NCBI GenBank assembly: GCA_016930775.1
Contig: JAFGGB010000011.1
Coordinates: 11,415-75,414 of the forward strand
Source: Deltaproteobacteria bacterium
GTDB taxonomy: Bacteria > Desulfobacterota > Syntrophia > Syntrophales > UBA2210
Direction: 5' to 3'
Length of the DNA stretch: 64,000 nucleotides
Shown: piece by piece, positions 39,855 to 50,511 of the stretch
Layout of the letters: each line of letters starts with the position of its first letter
How positions within the stretch are numbered: position 1 is the stretch's first letter
Position numbers and translations under genes: made by a program
The notes under the pieces: model-generated
Database searches by the model: none
Told to the model about the DNA's origin: nothing
What the model saw: the letters and a program-made list of their open reading frames with translations, nothing else

Positions 39855-40958
39855 ATGAAGACAATTAAAATCGGAATCGTAGGCATCGGCAACTGTGCAT
39901 CTTCTCTGATCCAGGGAATCGAATACTACCGGACAAAAAACCGGGGCGATGCGATCGGTCTGATGCACTGGGAGATCGGCGGCTTCCGCCCCTACGACAT
40001 CGAGGTTGTCGCCGCCTTCGATATCGATAAGAGAAAGATAGGCAATGATGTTGCCGCAGCCATTTTTGAACCGCCGAACTGCACCGCCGTTTTCTGTGAG
40101 AACGTTCCGGCCACGGGTACAATCGTCAAAATGGGCAAGGTGCTTGACGGTTTTGCAGACCATATGAACCAGTACGACAGCAGACACAGTTTTGTCCTTT
40201 CCGACGCCAGGGAATCAACCAAGGAAGAAGTGGTGAAGGAACTGAAGCAGTCGGGAGCGGAAATACTTCTCAATTATCTTCCGGTGGGATCCGATCAGGC
40301 CGTGGCGTTCTATGCGGACTGCGCGATCGAAGCCGGCGTGGGCTTCATCAACAACATGCCCGTTTTTGTGGCAAGCAATCCCGATTGGGCTCGGCGATTT
40401 GAAGCTGCCGGTCTTCCTGTCATCGGAGATGACGTAAAATCTCAATTGGGAGCGACTATAATTCACCGAGTGCTTGCAAATCTCTTTAAGAACAGGGGCG
40501 TGAAGCTCGAACGGACCTATCAGTTGAACATAGGCGGCAATACGGATTTTCTGAACATGCTGGACCGCAGTCGATTGACTTCCAAGAAGGTTTCGAAGAC
40601 AGAAGCGGTCCAGTCTCAGGTAATGAATCGTCTTGAGTCGGAGAATATCCATATAGGCCCAAGCGACTGGGTGCCCTGGCAGAAAGACAACAAGGTCTGT
40701 TTTCTCAGGATGGAAGGACGATTATTCGGCGATGTCCCGATGAATCTGGAGCTCAGGCTTTCCGTGGAAGACTCGCCCAATTCGGGAGGCGTCGTTATCG
40801 ATGCGATACGCTGCTGCAAACTGGCCCTGGATCGCAGGATAGGCGGCGTTCTCTATTCCCCGTCGGCCTATTTTATGAAGCATCCGCCTCAACAATGCAC
40901 CGATGACCGGGCATTCCAGATGACACAAGAATACATTGACGGCGAGCGGGAACGTTGA
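39855..40958 (+). CDS. ino1: myo-inositol-1-phosphate synthase
   Basis: The start is at MKTIKIGIVGIGNCASSLIQGIEYY (GAGGAAAG SD). NYLPVGS, SQLGATI and NIGGNTDF are blocks typical of archaeal/bacterial MIPS. Confidence 0.85.
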   Translation: MKTIKIGIVGIGNCASSLIQGIEYYRTKNRGDAIGLMHWEIGGFRPYDIEVVAAFDIDKRKIGNDVAAAIFEPPNCTAVFCENVPATGTIVKMGKVLDGFADHMNQYDSRHSFVLSDARESTKEEVVKELKQSGAEILLNYLPVGSDQAVAFYADCAIEAGVGFINNMPVFVASNPDWARRFEAAGLPVIGDDVKSQLGATIIHRVLANLFKNRGVKLERTYQLNIGGNTDFLNMLDRSRLTSKKVSKTEAVQSQVMNRLESENIHIGPSDWVPWQKDNKVCFLRMEGRLFGDVPMNLELRLSVEDSPNSGGVVIDAIRCCKLALDRRIGGVLYSPSAYFMKHPPQQCTDDRAFQMTQEYIDGERER

Positions 40959-41183
40959 ATCAGTGATGCCGGTCGGCATACGGCCCTTTCTGATCAGGGG
41001 CTTCTCTGAGCCGATCCGATGATCTTCTTGTGGAATGGCTGAGAAAAGAATTGATAATTCCTGTTCTTTGTGTCATAAGGCGCTCCTCTTGCCGATTCGA
41101 AAATGTCTGAGGCGACCGGAGAAATTGTTGTTGCGGCACTTGGCACAGTCAGCCGCTGCCGGTGAAAGTTTAGGTAGGGAATA

Positions 41184-42104
41184 TTGCCGCTAAAAAAATT
41201 AAAAGAGAACAAAGCCCTCTTCCCCGGCAGCAGCCGGGCGACCAGGAAAGAAAGGCCGGTAATTTCGAGGAACTATAGCGGCGCTGCAAGCGGTGTGGTT
41301 TCGAATTCCGGATTGTCGCTGAAAGTGATGACACTGAATGCGGCTCATGGGAGAAAAAACGGGCCTCACCAGTTTTTTCAGACCACCGAAGAAATCATTT
41401 TAAATCTCAATGAAATAGCCGCCTTTGTCGGCCGGGAGCAACCCCATGTTCTGGCGCTTCAGGAAGCGGACGGTCCTTCCGTTTGGAGCGGTAACTTCTG
41501 TCATGTTGAGTATCTTGCACAGAAATCGAGCTATGCTTTTGCAATTCGTGGAGAACACGTACGGGGCATGAAAGTATCGTACGGTACGGCGATTCTGTCG
41601 TCTCTTGAGATTTCTGATCCTTTGTCCGTGCGGTTCCCTCCATCGCTGCCCCTTCCCTCAAAGGGTTTCACTGTCTGCACCGTCGCCTGGCCTGGAATCA
41701 GTAATTTTCAGATAGACGTCTGCTCCGTTCATCTGGACTGCGCCAGCAAGAGGGTGCGGCGACGACAGGTTGAAAAACTGGTTGAGTCAATGGAAGAACG
41801 GACCCGGCCCCTTGTTGTTATGGGGGATTTCAACTGCGAATGGGGCGCCGGAGATTCGTCATTACGTCTACTGGTGAAGGAACTGGGGCTGTCAGCCTAC
41901 AGACCGGAAGCCTCGGATCTGTTCACCTATCCCCGCTTTCGAAGGAGGCTCGACTGGGTGTTTGTATCACAGGGCCTTGAGTTTTCAACCTACAATGTCT
42001 TTCGAGACGTCCTTTCCGACCACCTCGGCGTCATTACGGAGATCACGCTGGACCCCAAAATAATGACCGAAAATGACCTCTCAGTTGTTGAACGTTTTCT
42101 TTAG
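41184..42104 (+). CDS. endonuclease/exonuclease/phosphatase (EEP) family hydrolase
   Basis: [18 protein letters not shown], the GDFN block and SDHLGV at the C-terminus are EEP catalytic motifs. The TTG start at 41184 is uncertain; an ATG alternative is at 41328. Confidence 0.7.
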   Translation: MPLKKLKENKALFPGSSRATRKERPVISRNYSGAASGVVSNSGLSLKVMTLNAAHGRKNGPHQFFQTTEEIILNLNEIAAFVGREQPHVLALQEADGPSVWSGNFCHVEYLAQKSSYAFAIRGEHVRGMKVSYGTAILSSLEISDPLSVRFPPSLPLPSKGFTVCTVAWPGISNFQIDVCSVHLDCASKRVRRRQVEKLVESMEERTRPLVVMGDFNCEWGAGDSSLRLLVKELGLSAYRPEASDLFTYPRFRRRLDWVFVSQGLEFSTYNVFRDVLSDHLGVITEITLDPKIMTENDLSVVERFL

Positions 42105-43084
42105 CAGTTTTTCCGACTTCCGATCAAGTGACAAGCCGTTTGATGTCCCGGCGCCGTCTCCGCGAGTTCCGGAGAGATTTCACGGCATACCGGCATGACC
42201 TGAGGACAACGGGTCCTGAAGTAGCATCCCGATGGGGGATTGACGGGACTCGGCACGTCTCCCTCGAGAATCGTTCTTTTGCGGACCTTGTCGGGGTCGG
42301 GATGGGGGACGGCCGAAAGAAGTGCTCGGGAGTAGGGATGAAGAGGATTCGAGAAGAGGTCGTTTTTCCCTGCAAGTTCTACTATTTTGCCAAGATACAT
42401 GACGGCTACGCGGTTGCTGATGTAACGGATGACGCTGAGATCGTGCGAGATGAAAATGTACGTAAGGGAAAACCGTTCCTGAAGATCGTTGAGCAGGTTG
42501 ATCACCTGCGATTGGATCGACACGTCCAGCGCCGACACCGGTTCATCGCATACAATGAGGTTGGGGTTGAGCGCCAACGCCCGGGCGATGTCGATTCTCT
42601 GACGCTGGCCGCCGCTGAACTCGTGAGGATATTTTCCGAGGCTGTCCGGTTGCAAGCCGACGGTCTTCAATAGAAATTCGACACGTTCTTTACGTTCCCC
42701 GTCGGAACCTATGCGGTGGATATTGAGCGGTTCCTGGATTATAGAACCAACGCGCATCCTTGGATTCATGGAAGCATAGGAATCCTGAAAAATCATCTGC
42801 ATGTTCCGCCTCAGACTCAGCCATTCTCTGCGCGAGGCCTTCGTCACGTCCTTGCCGTTTAAAAGGATTCTTCCCGCCGAGGGTTCGATGAGACGGAGAA
42901 TGGCTCTGCCCAGAGTGCTTTTGCCGCAGCCGCTTTCACCTACGATTCCAAAGGTCGTGCCGGCGGGAACCGTGAAGGAGACATCGCTCACAGCCTGAAC
43001 GGCGCCTCTGCGGCGGCTGAGAAAGCCTCTTCCGAAGGGAAACCATTTGCTGAGGCCGTCGACTTCCAATAGGGGCTGTTTCAT
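42101..43084 (-). CDS. peptide ABC transporter ATP-binding protein (OppF/DppF-type)
   Basis: Walker [10 protein letters not shown], signature FSGGQRQR, Walker [13 protein letters not shown], and the C-terminal oligopeptide-transporter extension ([17 protein letters not shown]). Confidence 0.9.
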   Translation of the reverse strand: MKQPLLEVDGLSKWFPFGRGFLSRRRGAVQAVSDVSFTVPAGTTFGIVGESGCGKSTLGRAILRLIEPSAGRILLNGKDVTKASRREWLSLRRNMQMIFQDSYASMNPRMRVGSIIQEPLNIHRIGSDGERKERVEFLLKTVGLQPDSLGKYPHEFSGGQRQRIDIARALALNPNLIVCDEPVSALDVSIQSQVINLLNDLQERFSLTYIFISHDLSVIRYISNRVAVMYLGKIVELAGKNDLFSNPLHPYSRALLSAVPHPDPDKVRKRTILEGDVPSPVNPPSGCYFRTRCPQVMPVCREISPELAETAPGHQTACHLIGSRKNC

Positions 43085-43087
43085 TTG

Positions 43088-44071
43088 TCACTCACCTTCA
43101 TTTCCAGCGAATTTCCAGCAAAGGATCCGTCGTCCGTCGGCTTGAGAGTTCATGATCGGTTCTCGCTCCCGGCATATCGCCATGACATATTTGCAACGGG
43201 GATTGAAATGGCAGCCGGGCGGCATATTTGAAAGTTGCGGAACCATTCCCGGTATGACGGGCAAACGTTTCGGAAGATCGCCTTCCAGTCGCGGAATAGA
43301 TTGCAACAGTCCTTCGGTATATGGATGAAGAGGCTGACGCAAGACCTGCGAAAGTTTTCCTTCTTCGACAATCTTGCCGCCGTACATGACGATGAGACGA
43401 TCGCACGTTTCCGCCACGACGCCCAGGTCGTGCGTTATGAGCATCATCGACATGTCGCTTTTCTTTTTAAGGTCTTTCAGTATCTCCAGTATCTGCGCTT
43501 GAATGGTAACATCGAGGGCCGTCGTCGGTTCGTCTGCAATGAGAAGTTTAGGTTGGCAGGCCAGGGCCATGGCGATCATGACCCGCTGGCGCATGCCGCC
43601 GGAGAGTTCGTGGGGGTATTCCCTGACTCTTCGTTCAGGCGCCGGAATTCCAACACTCTTCAAAGCTTCGACGGCGATTTCAAGGGATTTCGCTTTGTCT
43701 ACTTTCTGATGGCGTCGGATTGTTTCAACGAGCTGGTTGCCCACCGTATAGACGGGATTGAGCGATGTCATCGGTTCCTGAAAAATCATGGAAATTTCGT
43801 TGCCGCGGATCTCTCTCATTTTCCGGGCTGATTTCGTTACAAGATCTTCTCCGTTGAAAAGAATGGAACCTTCTTGAATCGATCCGTTGAAGGAGAGGAT
43901 TCGCATGATCGACAGGGCCGTGACGCTCTTGCCGCAGCCGCTTTCGCCGACCAGTCCGACCGTTTCTCCGCGATCGATGTAAAAGGAGATATTATCCAGA
44001 GCCGCAACTACTCCGTCTTCAGTATTAAAAACCGTTTTCAGGTTCCGCACATCGAGAAGCCTTGCATTCAT
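43088..44071 (-). CDS. peptide ABC transporter ATP-binding protein (OppD/DppD-type)
   Basis: The start is at [11 protein letters not shown] (GAGG SD). [16 protein letters not shown] and [12 protein letters not shown] are present, with the C-terminal [10 protein letters not shown] extension. Confidence 0.9.
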   Translation of the reverse strand: MNARLLDVRNLKTVFNTEDGVVAALDNISFYIDRGETVGLVGESGCGKSVTALSIMRILSFNGSIQEGSILFNGEDLVTKSARKMREIRGNEISMIFQEPMTSLNPVYTVGNQLVETIRRHQKVDKAKSLEIAVEALKSVGIPAPERRVREYPHELSGGMRQRVMIAMALACQPKLLIADEPTTALDVTIQAQILEILKDLKKKSDMSMMLITHDLGVVAETCDRLIVMYGGKIVEEGKLSQVLRQPLHPYTEGLLQSIPRLEGDLPKRLPVIPGMVPQLSNMPPGCHFNPRCKYVMAICREREPIMNSQADGRRILCWKFAGNEGE

Positions 44072-44081
44072 CGTTGCTACC

Positions 44082-44963
44082 TCAAATTTTCTTCTTGCGG
44101 ATGCGGGGATCCAGGATGTCCCTGAGTCCGTCGCCCAGCGTATTGAGAGCAAGCACGCAGGCGGCAATGGTGAGGCCGGGGAAGATGGTTATCCAGGGCG
44201 CTCGCCTCAGAAAGACTTTTCCGTCGCTCAGCAGATTGCCCCAACTGGGAATTTCCGGGGGTACGCCGACCCCCAGGAAACTCAGCGAAGATTCCGAGAG
44301 GACCGAGTAGGCGAAGATCATCGTTGCCTGAATGATCACCGGTGCAACGCAGTTCCGCGGGATGTGCCACAGAAGAATTCTCAGATCGCCGGCCCCTGCC
44401 GCGCGGGCAGCCTCAACATAGGTCATTTCACGCTGCACCATGACGGCGCTTCGAACAACGCGGGCCATGCGGGGCGTATAAACGACGGTCAGCGCAAGAA
44501 TGACGTTGAATAGATTGGATCCGAGAACGGCCATGATAGTGATCATGAGAATGATCCCGGGAAAGGCCATGAGGCCGTCGAGAATGCGCATGAGAATCTC
44601 ATCGACGCTTCGAAAATACCCTGCGAGCAATCCAAGGAGCGCGCCCAGAATCGTCGTAGAAGCCACGACGCTCAGCCCCACTCCGAGGGAAATTCGCGAT
44701 CCGTAGACGACCCTGCTGTAAAGGTCCCGTCCGAATCGATCGGTGCCGAAGAAATAGACGGCATTCGGTTTGTTCAGCCTCAGTGACGGGTCCATATCGG
44801 CGGGCCGATGTGTTGCAATGAGGGGCGCTCCAAGGGCGACAACGATGAAGAAGAGCAGGACGGCGGCGCCGAAGAGGGCAGTCTTGTTGCGGGTAAAGAG
44901 GCGCACGGTTGCGAATCTGCGAGACCCCCGGGCTTTCGATTCTTGATTTGTGACGCGTAACAC
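44082..44963 (-). CDS. peptide ABC transporter permease (DppC/OppC-type)
   Basis: The GTG start at 44963 lies downstream of the preceding stop (AAGGAG 10 nt upstream). It has the BPD_transp_1 core and the C-terminal NTLGDGLRDILDPRI. Confidence 0.85.
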   Translation of the reverse strand: MLRVTNQESKARGSRRFATVRLFTRNKTALFGAAVLLFFIVVALGAPLIATHRPADMDPSLRLNKPNAVYFFGTDRFGRDLYSRVVYGSRISLGVGLSVVASTTILGALLGLLAGYFRSVDEILMRILDGLMAFPGIILMITIMAVLGSNLFNVILALTVVYTPRMARVVRSAVMVQREMTYVEAARAAGAGDLRILLWHIPRNCVAPVIIQATMIFAYSVLSESSLSFLGVGVPPEIPSWGNLLSDGKVFLRRAPWITIFPGLTIAACVLALNTLGDGLRDILDPRIRKKKI

Positions 44964-44979
44964 CCTGAAAACGCTCCTT

Positions 44980-45954
44980 TCAGTACTTGATCCGCGGATC
45001 GAAAAAACTATAGGCAACGTCGACAAGAAGATTTACAAGCACCCAGGCGCCGGCGATGTAGAGCACGATGCCTTCTATAACGGGGTAATCGCGGGTGAAT
45101 ACGGACTTTATGAGAAGTCTGCCGATGCCCGGGATATTGAAAATCTGTTCCGTTACGACCGCCCCGCCCATGAGATTGGCGAAAGAGAGCCCGATTACGG
45201 TGATAGTCGGTATAAGGGCATTTTTCAGGGCGTGCTTGAAGACGACGATCCCTTCCGGCAGTCCTTTGGCGCGGGCTGTTCTGATATAGTCGTTTTGAAG
45301 AGATTCGAGCATATTGGCCCGGGTCATCCGGGCGATCAGCGATGCCTGTCCGAAGGCAAGGGCCACAGCGGGAAGAATGAGATATCTGAAGCTTGTCCAA
45401 ATCCCGGCGCTCAGAGGCTTGTATCCCGCCGGAGGAAGAATGGGAAACAAAATGGCAAAGACAAGCGCAAGCATGAGTCCGAGCCAGAAATTCGGTATGG
45501 CAACGCCGATAGAGGTTATGACCATGAGTATGCGATCGGGCAAGCGATCGTGAAAGGCTGCGGACAGGACTCCGAAAACTATGCCGAAAATAACCGCAAA
45601 GGACAGTCCCGTCAGCGTCAGAAAAAGTGTTGCCTGAAAATGTTCGTATACGACGCGCGTCACGGGCATCCCTTGGAAAAACAGTGAATTGCCGAAATCT
45701 CCCCGTAGAATATTTTTAAACCATTCGAAAAACTGAATAAGCACCGGTCGATCGAGGCCCATTTTTTCCGAAAGCGCCGTTATCTGTTCATCCGTCGCCT
45801 CCGGACCGAGCATCAGCGAAGCCGGATTCCCCGGCATGAGATGCATGATAAAAAAGATTATCGTTCCCACAATTATAAGGACGGGAATCAATGCCACGAA
45901 TCGCCGGAGAAGATAAATGCCCACGGTCACTCCCTTATGCCGCAGATTTTTCAA
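44980..45954 (-). CDS. peptide ABC transporter permease (DppB/OppB-type)
   Basis: 324 aa. The N-terminal YLLRRF...PGNP block and the C-terminal DVAYSFFDPRIKY are typical of DppB. Confidence 0.9.
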   Translation of the reverse strand: MKNLRHKGVTVGIYLLRRFVALIPVLIIVGTIIFFIMHLMPGNPASLMLGPEATDEQITALSEKMGLDRPVLIQFFEWFKNILRGDFGNSLFFQGMPVTRVVYEHFQATLFLTLTGLSFAVIFGIVFGVLSAAFHDRLPDRILMVITSIGVAIPNFWLGLMLALVFAILFPILPPAGYKPLSAGIWTSFRYLILPAVALAFGQASLIARMTRANMLESLQNDYIRTARAKGLPEGIVVFKHALKNALIPTITVIGLSFANLMGGAVVTEQIFNIPGIGRLLIKSVFTRDYPVIEGIVLYIAGAWVLVNLLVDVAYSFFDPRIKY

Positions 45955-46050
45955 CGACCCTGAATTTACGCCGGCCGTTCAGAAGCGCTGCAGCGTCGAT
46001 GCCGGTGAATCGCCGGGCCGGCATAGAACCGGCCCGGCGAAAGACAACGA

Positions 46051-47592
46051 TCAATCCTTCCAGACATTCCAGAAAAAGATTTCGTTCAGATTCTTGAAAC
46101 CCTTTACATTTTTAGCCGCTATTCTCAGGTTGGCATAATCGCCCACTTTGATTGTCGGCACATCGTCGTAGAAGAGTTTTTGAATCTCCACTAACGTTGC
46201 GTAGCGTTTTTTGAACTCGCTCTCGGTGTTGAGACTGTCCATCAATACCTGGAGCTTGGGATTCTCCCACCAACCGTCGTACTTGGAATTGAGAACCGTC
46301 ATCATCGTCGGGTCCGGCCTCGTTGTCATGCCCGTGCTGAAGATATTCCAAAGGTTGGGATTCTTTCTGCGGTCCGCCAGCGTGGCCCATTCCATGGCCT
46401 GGAGGTCGATATTGAAACCGGCTTTCTCAAGCTGATTTTTAGCGGCCAGCGAGAGATTGTATTCGAGCTTGCCGGACATCCAGATAATCGGTTCTCCTGC
46501 ATAGCCGGCCTGCTTCAGAAGAGCTTTTGCCCTTTCGGCGTCAGCCTGGTTGTAACGGTCCCGGCCAATATCGGACCACCAGACCTGCTCCTTGAGCATA
46601 ATGCCGGGGTCAAGGCGCCAGAAAGCTTTATTTCCATAGCCGGCTGCCATTACCGGGCCCATGTCGAGCGCCGCCAGGAAGGCTTGGCGTATCAGCTTGT
46701 TGCTCATAACGCCCGCCCGCTTGTTGAAATTGAAGGCGAACCATGCGCGGGGCGCCGATGGAAGGACCTGGAGCTTGCCTTCTTTTTGGAGGCGGTCGTA
46801 TTCGTCAACCGGGACAAAATCGGCGAAATCGTATTCGCCGCCTTCCACGCCGTTGAGGCGGACGGCTTCGTCCGAAATGGGGACAAAGTACAGTTCATCA
46901 ACGAAGGCGATTTTTTTGCCGCCGAAACCGGAAGCAGGGGTCGCCAGAGGCTGGTAGTTCGCATATCGAGCTACTTTAATGTGCTGGTTGGGTTTCCACT
47001 CCACAAAACTGAAGGGGCCCGTTCCGATGAATTCAGCAAGAGGCTTGTCGGCGTATTTTTCACAGAGCGCCTTGGGATAGATGAAGGCGCCGCCGTTGGG
47101 CATGGCGAGGGATACAAGGGTGGCGCCCGTGGGCTTCTTCAATTTCAATTCTATGGTGCGGTTGTCGATGATCTTCAAAGAATCAAGATTTTTGAAGACG
47201 GCCTTGCCGTAACTGCTGCGTGCGCCCCATCTTTTGATCGAGGCCGCTGCATCCTCCGCCGTCAGGGGCGATCCGTCATGAAATGCAATGTTCTTTCTGA
47301 GCGTAATGGTGTAGGTAAGCTGGTCCTTGCTGATGACGGGCATCGATTCGGCGAGCATGGGAATGGGCGCGAAGGAGCCGTCGAGAGCGTAGAGCCCTTC
47401 AAAAATATGGTATCCTACGGCAAATACGAGAGTTGTCGTCGATGAATGCGGATCGAGAGTCGGCGGATCGGCGTCGATGACCACTTTCAGAATGCCGCCC
47501 CGCTTCCCTTCGGCGGCCTGAGCCGTGCCGCCCGCCAGAAGAAGGACGACACAAAAAATTGCAGCGATAGAAACAAACATACGGTGTCTCAT
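46051..47592 (-). CDS. ABC transporter substrate-binding protein, family 5 (DppA/OppA/GsiB-like)
   Basis: 513 aa with a signal peptide (MRHRMFVSIAAIFCVVLLLAGGTAQA), followed by a typical SBP_bac_5 N-terminus (GGILKVVIDADPPTLDP). Confidence 0.9.
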   Translation of the reverse strand: MRHRMFVSIAAIFCVVLLLAGGTAQAAEGKRGGILKVVIDADPPTLDPHSSTTTLVFAVGYHIFEGLYALDGSFAPIPMLAESMPVISKDQLTYTITLRKNIAFHDGSPLTAEDAAASIKRWGARSSYGKAVFKNLDSLKIIDNRTIELKLKKPTGATLVSLAMPNGGAFIYPKALCEKYADKPLAEFIGTGPFSFVEWKPNQHIKVARYANYQPLATPASGFGGKKIAFVDELYFVPISDEAVRLNGVEGGEYDFADFVPVDEYDRLQKEGKLQVLPSAPRAWFAFNFNKRAGVMSNKLIRQAFLAALDMGPVMAAGYGNKAFWRLDPGIMLKEQVWWSDIGRDRYNQADAERAKALLKQAGYAGEPIIWMSGKLEYNLSLAAKNQLEKAGFNIDLQAMEWATLADRRKNPNLWNIFSTGMTTRPDPTMMTVLNSKYDGWWENPKLQVLMDSLNTESEFKKRYATLVEIQKLFYDDVPTIKVGDYANLRIAAKNVKGFKNLNEIFFWNVWKD

Positions 47593-47680
47593 AGTAAGAA
47601 CCTCCTTAAGTTATTGGTCAACGGTACTGTGCGTTTTGTTCCGCTCGTTCCCTTTCATCACCTCCTTGCACGAACGATTC

Positions 47681-49333
47681 TCATAAGCTTCGGGGACCCC
47701 GGGCCGTGCCGTCGCGCCTGATTTCCGCGACACCTTGGTATCCGGGACGGGTAGCGCACTTGAGCACGGCATGTATCGCTCCGAGAAAAAAACTCCAGGG
47801 TTCCCGTTCGTCCAGTTCGTATCCGCATTCTGCAAGATGATCAAGAACAGACGGCGGAAACCGGTTTCCCTCGTAAGATATTCTGCCGTCTATGAAACAA
47901 TGGAGGCGAGGTTCTTTCATCGCCCGGCACATCGGCATGCCTCTGTCCAGCATGTTGCTTATAAACTGAGTCACGGTGCTGAAAATCCGCTCGCTTCCCG
48001 GACTTCCAACAACCATCCAGGGCGTTCCGTTACATGTGACGATGGTCGGCGCGACCGACGAAACAGAGGGAGCGCCGGGTCTTAGGAAATGAGGATTTTC
48101 ACGGTCATTGCGTTCCATGTCGATCAGATAATCGTTATAGATAAATCCCAGGCCTTGTGCCGCCGCCTTTGCTCCGTAGACGAGGTTTATCGACTGGGTG
48201 ATGCCGACGGCATTGCCCCGGCAGTCCATGACCGAGAGGTGAGTCGTTTCTCCGCCGGAGTCCTTCCGCGGCAGCCCAGATGACTGTCGGCCCCCTGTAA
48301 GGGCGATGGCGACTTTTTCAATCGTTGATCGGGAACACATGATATCATTTTCAAAGCTGTATATAAAAGGATCGGGGGTTTCCTTCTTCGAACTGATGAG
48401 CGCTTCTTGAAAGACTTCCGCCAGGAGACCGCATCGTTCTTCGGCGCCTTGGGCGAGCATTGTTGCGGGAAGTCTGCCAAGGACCATAAGAGTGAAGAGC
48501 AGCATCCGCCCCCCCGACGAAGGAGGGGCCGTCGACACTTCCATTCCCCTGTATGCCGCGGTAATGGGTTTTCGTTCTCTCGGCCAGGGAATGCGGTCGA
48601 GATCCTCTGCCCGCAGAAAGCCCCCGTTGCCTTTCATGTCGCTGTCAATCAATTTGGCTGGATTGCCCCGATAAAAATATTCAGGTCCGAAATCCGCAAG
48701 ATCTTCCAGGAGCGATGCCAGATCATGCTGTCTGAAAAGGTCGCCTTCCCGATAGGGATGCCGGCCGTTCTTTAGAAAATAGCGGGCGCCCGATTGCGAG
48801 GGGATCTGAATAAAACGGTCAAGTTCACGTTGCAGAAGATTTTCCTGCAGGGCCGAAATGCAGTATCCCTCCCGGGCGATTCCCATGGCTGGTTCTATAA
48901 TGTCCCGCCAGGGTTTTGCACCGAAACGCCTATGGAGATGGGCCAGGACGGCAACCGTTGACGGTACGGAGGTCCCTCGGTAACCAAATCGCAGATCATC
49001 CATTTGTCCGCAGGAGAGAGCGAAGCCTTCAGGAACGCGACTGGATCCGTCAATGACGACGGTTTCGCCGTTGAAGTGAAGAATCGCCTTGCTTTCACCG
49101 CCGAGGCCGCTCGCCTGGGGTTCCGAGACGGCAAGGGCGAAAGCAGCGGCGCAGGCGGCATCGACGGCGTTGCCGTCTCGTTCCAGCATGGAGACGCCGG
49201 CCGCCGTGGCGGCGGGAGATGCCGTCGCCACCATGCCGCCCTCGGCGACAGCGCACTTGCCGTCCTGCGACGGTTGAAAAGATTCCTCGATCATGGCGAT
49301 CGTTTTTGAAAGGCTTATATCAATGTCCGTCAT
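47681..49333 (-). CDS. gamma-glutamyltranspeptidase-family Ntn hydrolase, no signal peptide
   Basis: 550 aa. GNAVDAACAAAFAL and the autoprocessing/nucleophile context GGETTHLSV are present. The start overlaps the M20 stop (ATGA at 49330-49333). Confidence 0.85.
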   Translation of the reverse strand: MTDIDISLSKTIAMIEESFQPSQDGKCAVAEGGMVATASPAATAAGVSMLERDGNAVDAACAAAFALAVSEPQASGLGGESKAILHFNGETVVIDGSSRVPEGFALSCGQMDDLRFGYRGTSVPSTVAVLAHLHRRFGAKPWRDIIEPAMGIAREGYCISALQENLLQRELDRFIQIPSQSGARYFLKNGRHPYREGDLFRQHDLASLLEDLADFGPEYFYRGNPAKLIDSDMKGNGGFLRAEDLDRIPWPRERKPITAAYRGMEVSTAPPSSGGRMLLFTLMVLGRLPATMLAQGAEERCGLLAEVFQEALISSKKETPDPFIYSFENDIMCSRSTIEKVAIALTGGRQSSGLPRKDSGGETTHLSVMDCRGNAVGITQSINLVYGAKAAAQGLGFIYNDYLIDMERNDRENPHFLRPGAPSVSSVAPTIVTCNGTPWMVVGSPGSERIFSTVTQFISNMLDRGMPMCRAMKEPRLHCFIDGRISYEGNRFPPSVLDHLAECGYELDEREPWSFFLGAIHAVLKCATRPGYQGVAEIRRDGTARGPRSL

Positions 49334-50511
49334 GTATTAAAAAGAGATCCTTCCTGTAATTTCAGCCACGCCTGATGGACCGAGAGAGCCGCCAGTTTCG
49401 TCCTCTCGAAGAGGCTTTCCCTGATCATGAATTCTCGGTCGCTGTGATCATAGTCGCCTACGGGACCCAGGCCGTCTAAAACGGGCGTCCCTTCCTGGGC
49501 CACGATATTGGCGTCGGAGCAACCGACCCGGAATTCCTCCAGGACTGTTATGCCAAGACCCTGCGCCTCGCCGGCAACGAGCCGGTAGAGAGCGCGGTTT
49601 GTTTCGGTGCTTTCCATTACATGCCGTTCGTTGATGATTTCAACGTCCTTTCGGGCGCCGGCGACGCATGATTTTTGTACGAGTTCCTTCAGGTAAGATT
49701 CAAAGAACGAACGGCCTTCGGAGGATTTGAAACGGACATCCACGAGAGCCCAGGCTTCCTCGGGGACGACATTCGGCGCTATGCCCCCTGCCAGGCGGCC
49801 TACATTCACGGTAAGACCGGGAACCTTCCCGTTGAGGGCCTCCAGGGCAATAATACAGTGGGCAAGCTCGAGGGCGGCGCTGATTTTCCCTCCTTCCGTC
49901 TGGGCAGCATGGCCCGCCCGGCCCTTTACAAGGAGTTTCAGCCCCAGGCGTCCTTTCCGTCCCGTCGCCACTTCGCCGTTCAGGCCGCCGCACTCGAAGA
50001 CGAAAGCCATGGCGCTTTTCTTGGCTTCCCTGGCGATGATAGGGCCTGATGCCGGCGAACCGATCTCTTCATCGGAATTGAAGATTATTCGAAGGGGCAT
50101 CCGATGAAGGAGTCCGGCGTCGAAGAGGCTCTGAAGAACGTAGATGGCGGCAACAAGACCGCCCTTCATGTCGATCACTCCCGGTCCGTACACGTTCTTC
50201 TCATCCTCGCGCCACCCCGTGAAAGGGCTGTCGGCGGGAAAGATCGTGTCCATGTGGCCGATCAGAAGTATATTGCCTCGTTCTCCCGCCCTTTCCGTCG
50301 AGGCGACGAGAATGTCGCCGAGGGACTCCTGCCGTTCGCCCCGCACCGACAGGGAGAGATCGGAAAGCTTTGACGCTATGATGCGGCCGACCCGGTCGAC
50401 TCCGGCCTTGTTTGCGCTGCCGCTCTGGACCAGGACGAGTTCCTTTAACAGGCCGAGCATCTCCGGGCGATGCGTATCGATTGAACCGATGATTTTTGTT
50501 TTCATGATCAC
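49330..50511 (-). CDS. M20-family metallopeptidase (carboxypeptidase G2/ArgE/DapE-like)
   Basis: 393 aa with the M20 metal and catalytic blocks LLIGHMDTIF, DMKGG and NSDEEIGSP. Its start abuts the stop of the KamA-family gene. Confidence 0.85.
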   Translation of the reverse strand: MIMKTKIIGSIDTHRPEMLGLLKELVLVQSGSANKAGVDRVGRIIASKLSDLSLSVRGERQESLGDILVASTERAGERGNILLIGHMDTIFPADSPFTGWREDEKNVYGPGVIDMKGGLVAAIYVLQSLFDAGLLHRMPLRIIFNSDEEIGSPASGPIIAREAKKSAMAFVFECGGLNGEVATGRKGRLGLKLLVKGRAGHAAQTEGGKISAALELAHCIIALEALNGKVPGLTVNVGRLAGGIAPNVVPEEAWALVDVRFKSSEGRSFFESYLKELVQKSCVAGARKDVEIINERHVMESTETNRALYRLVAGEAQGLGITVLEEFRVGCSDANIVAQEGTPVLDGLGPVGDYDHSDREFMIRESLFERTKLAALSVHQAWLKLQEGSLFNT

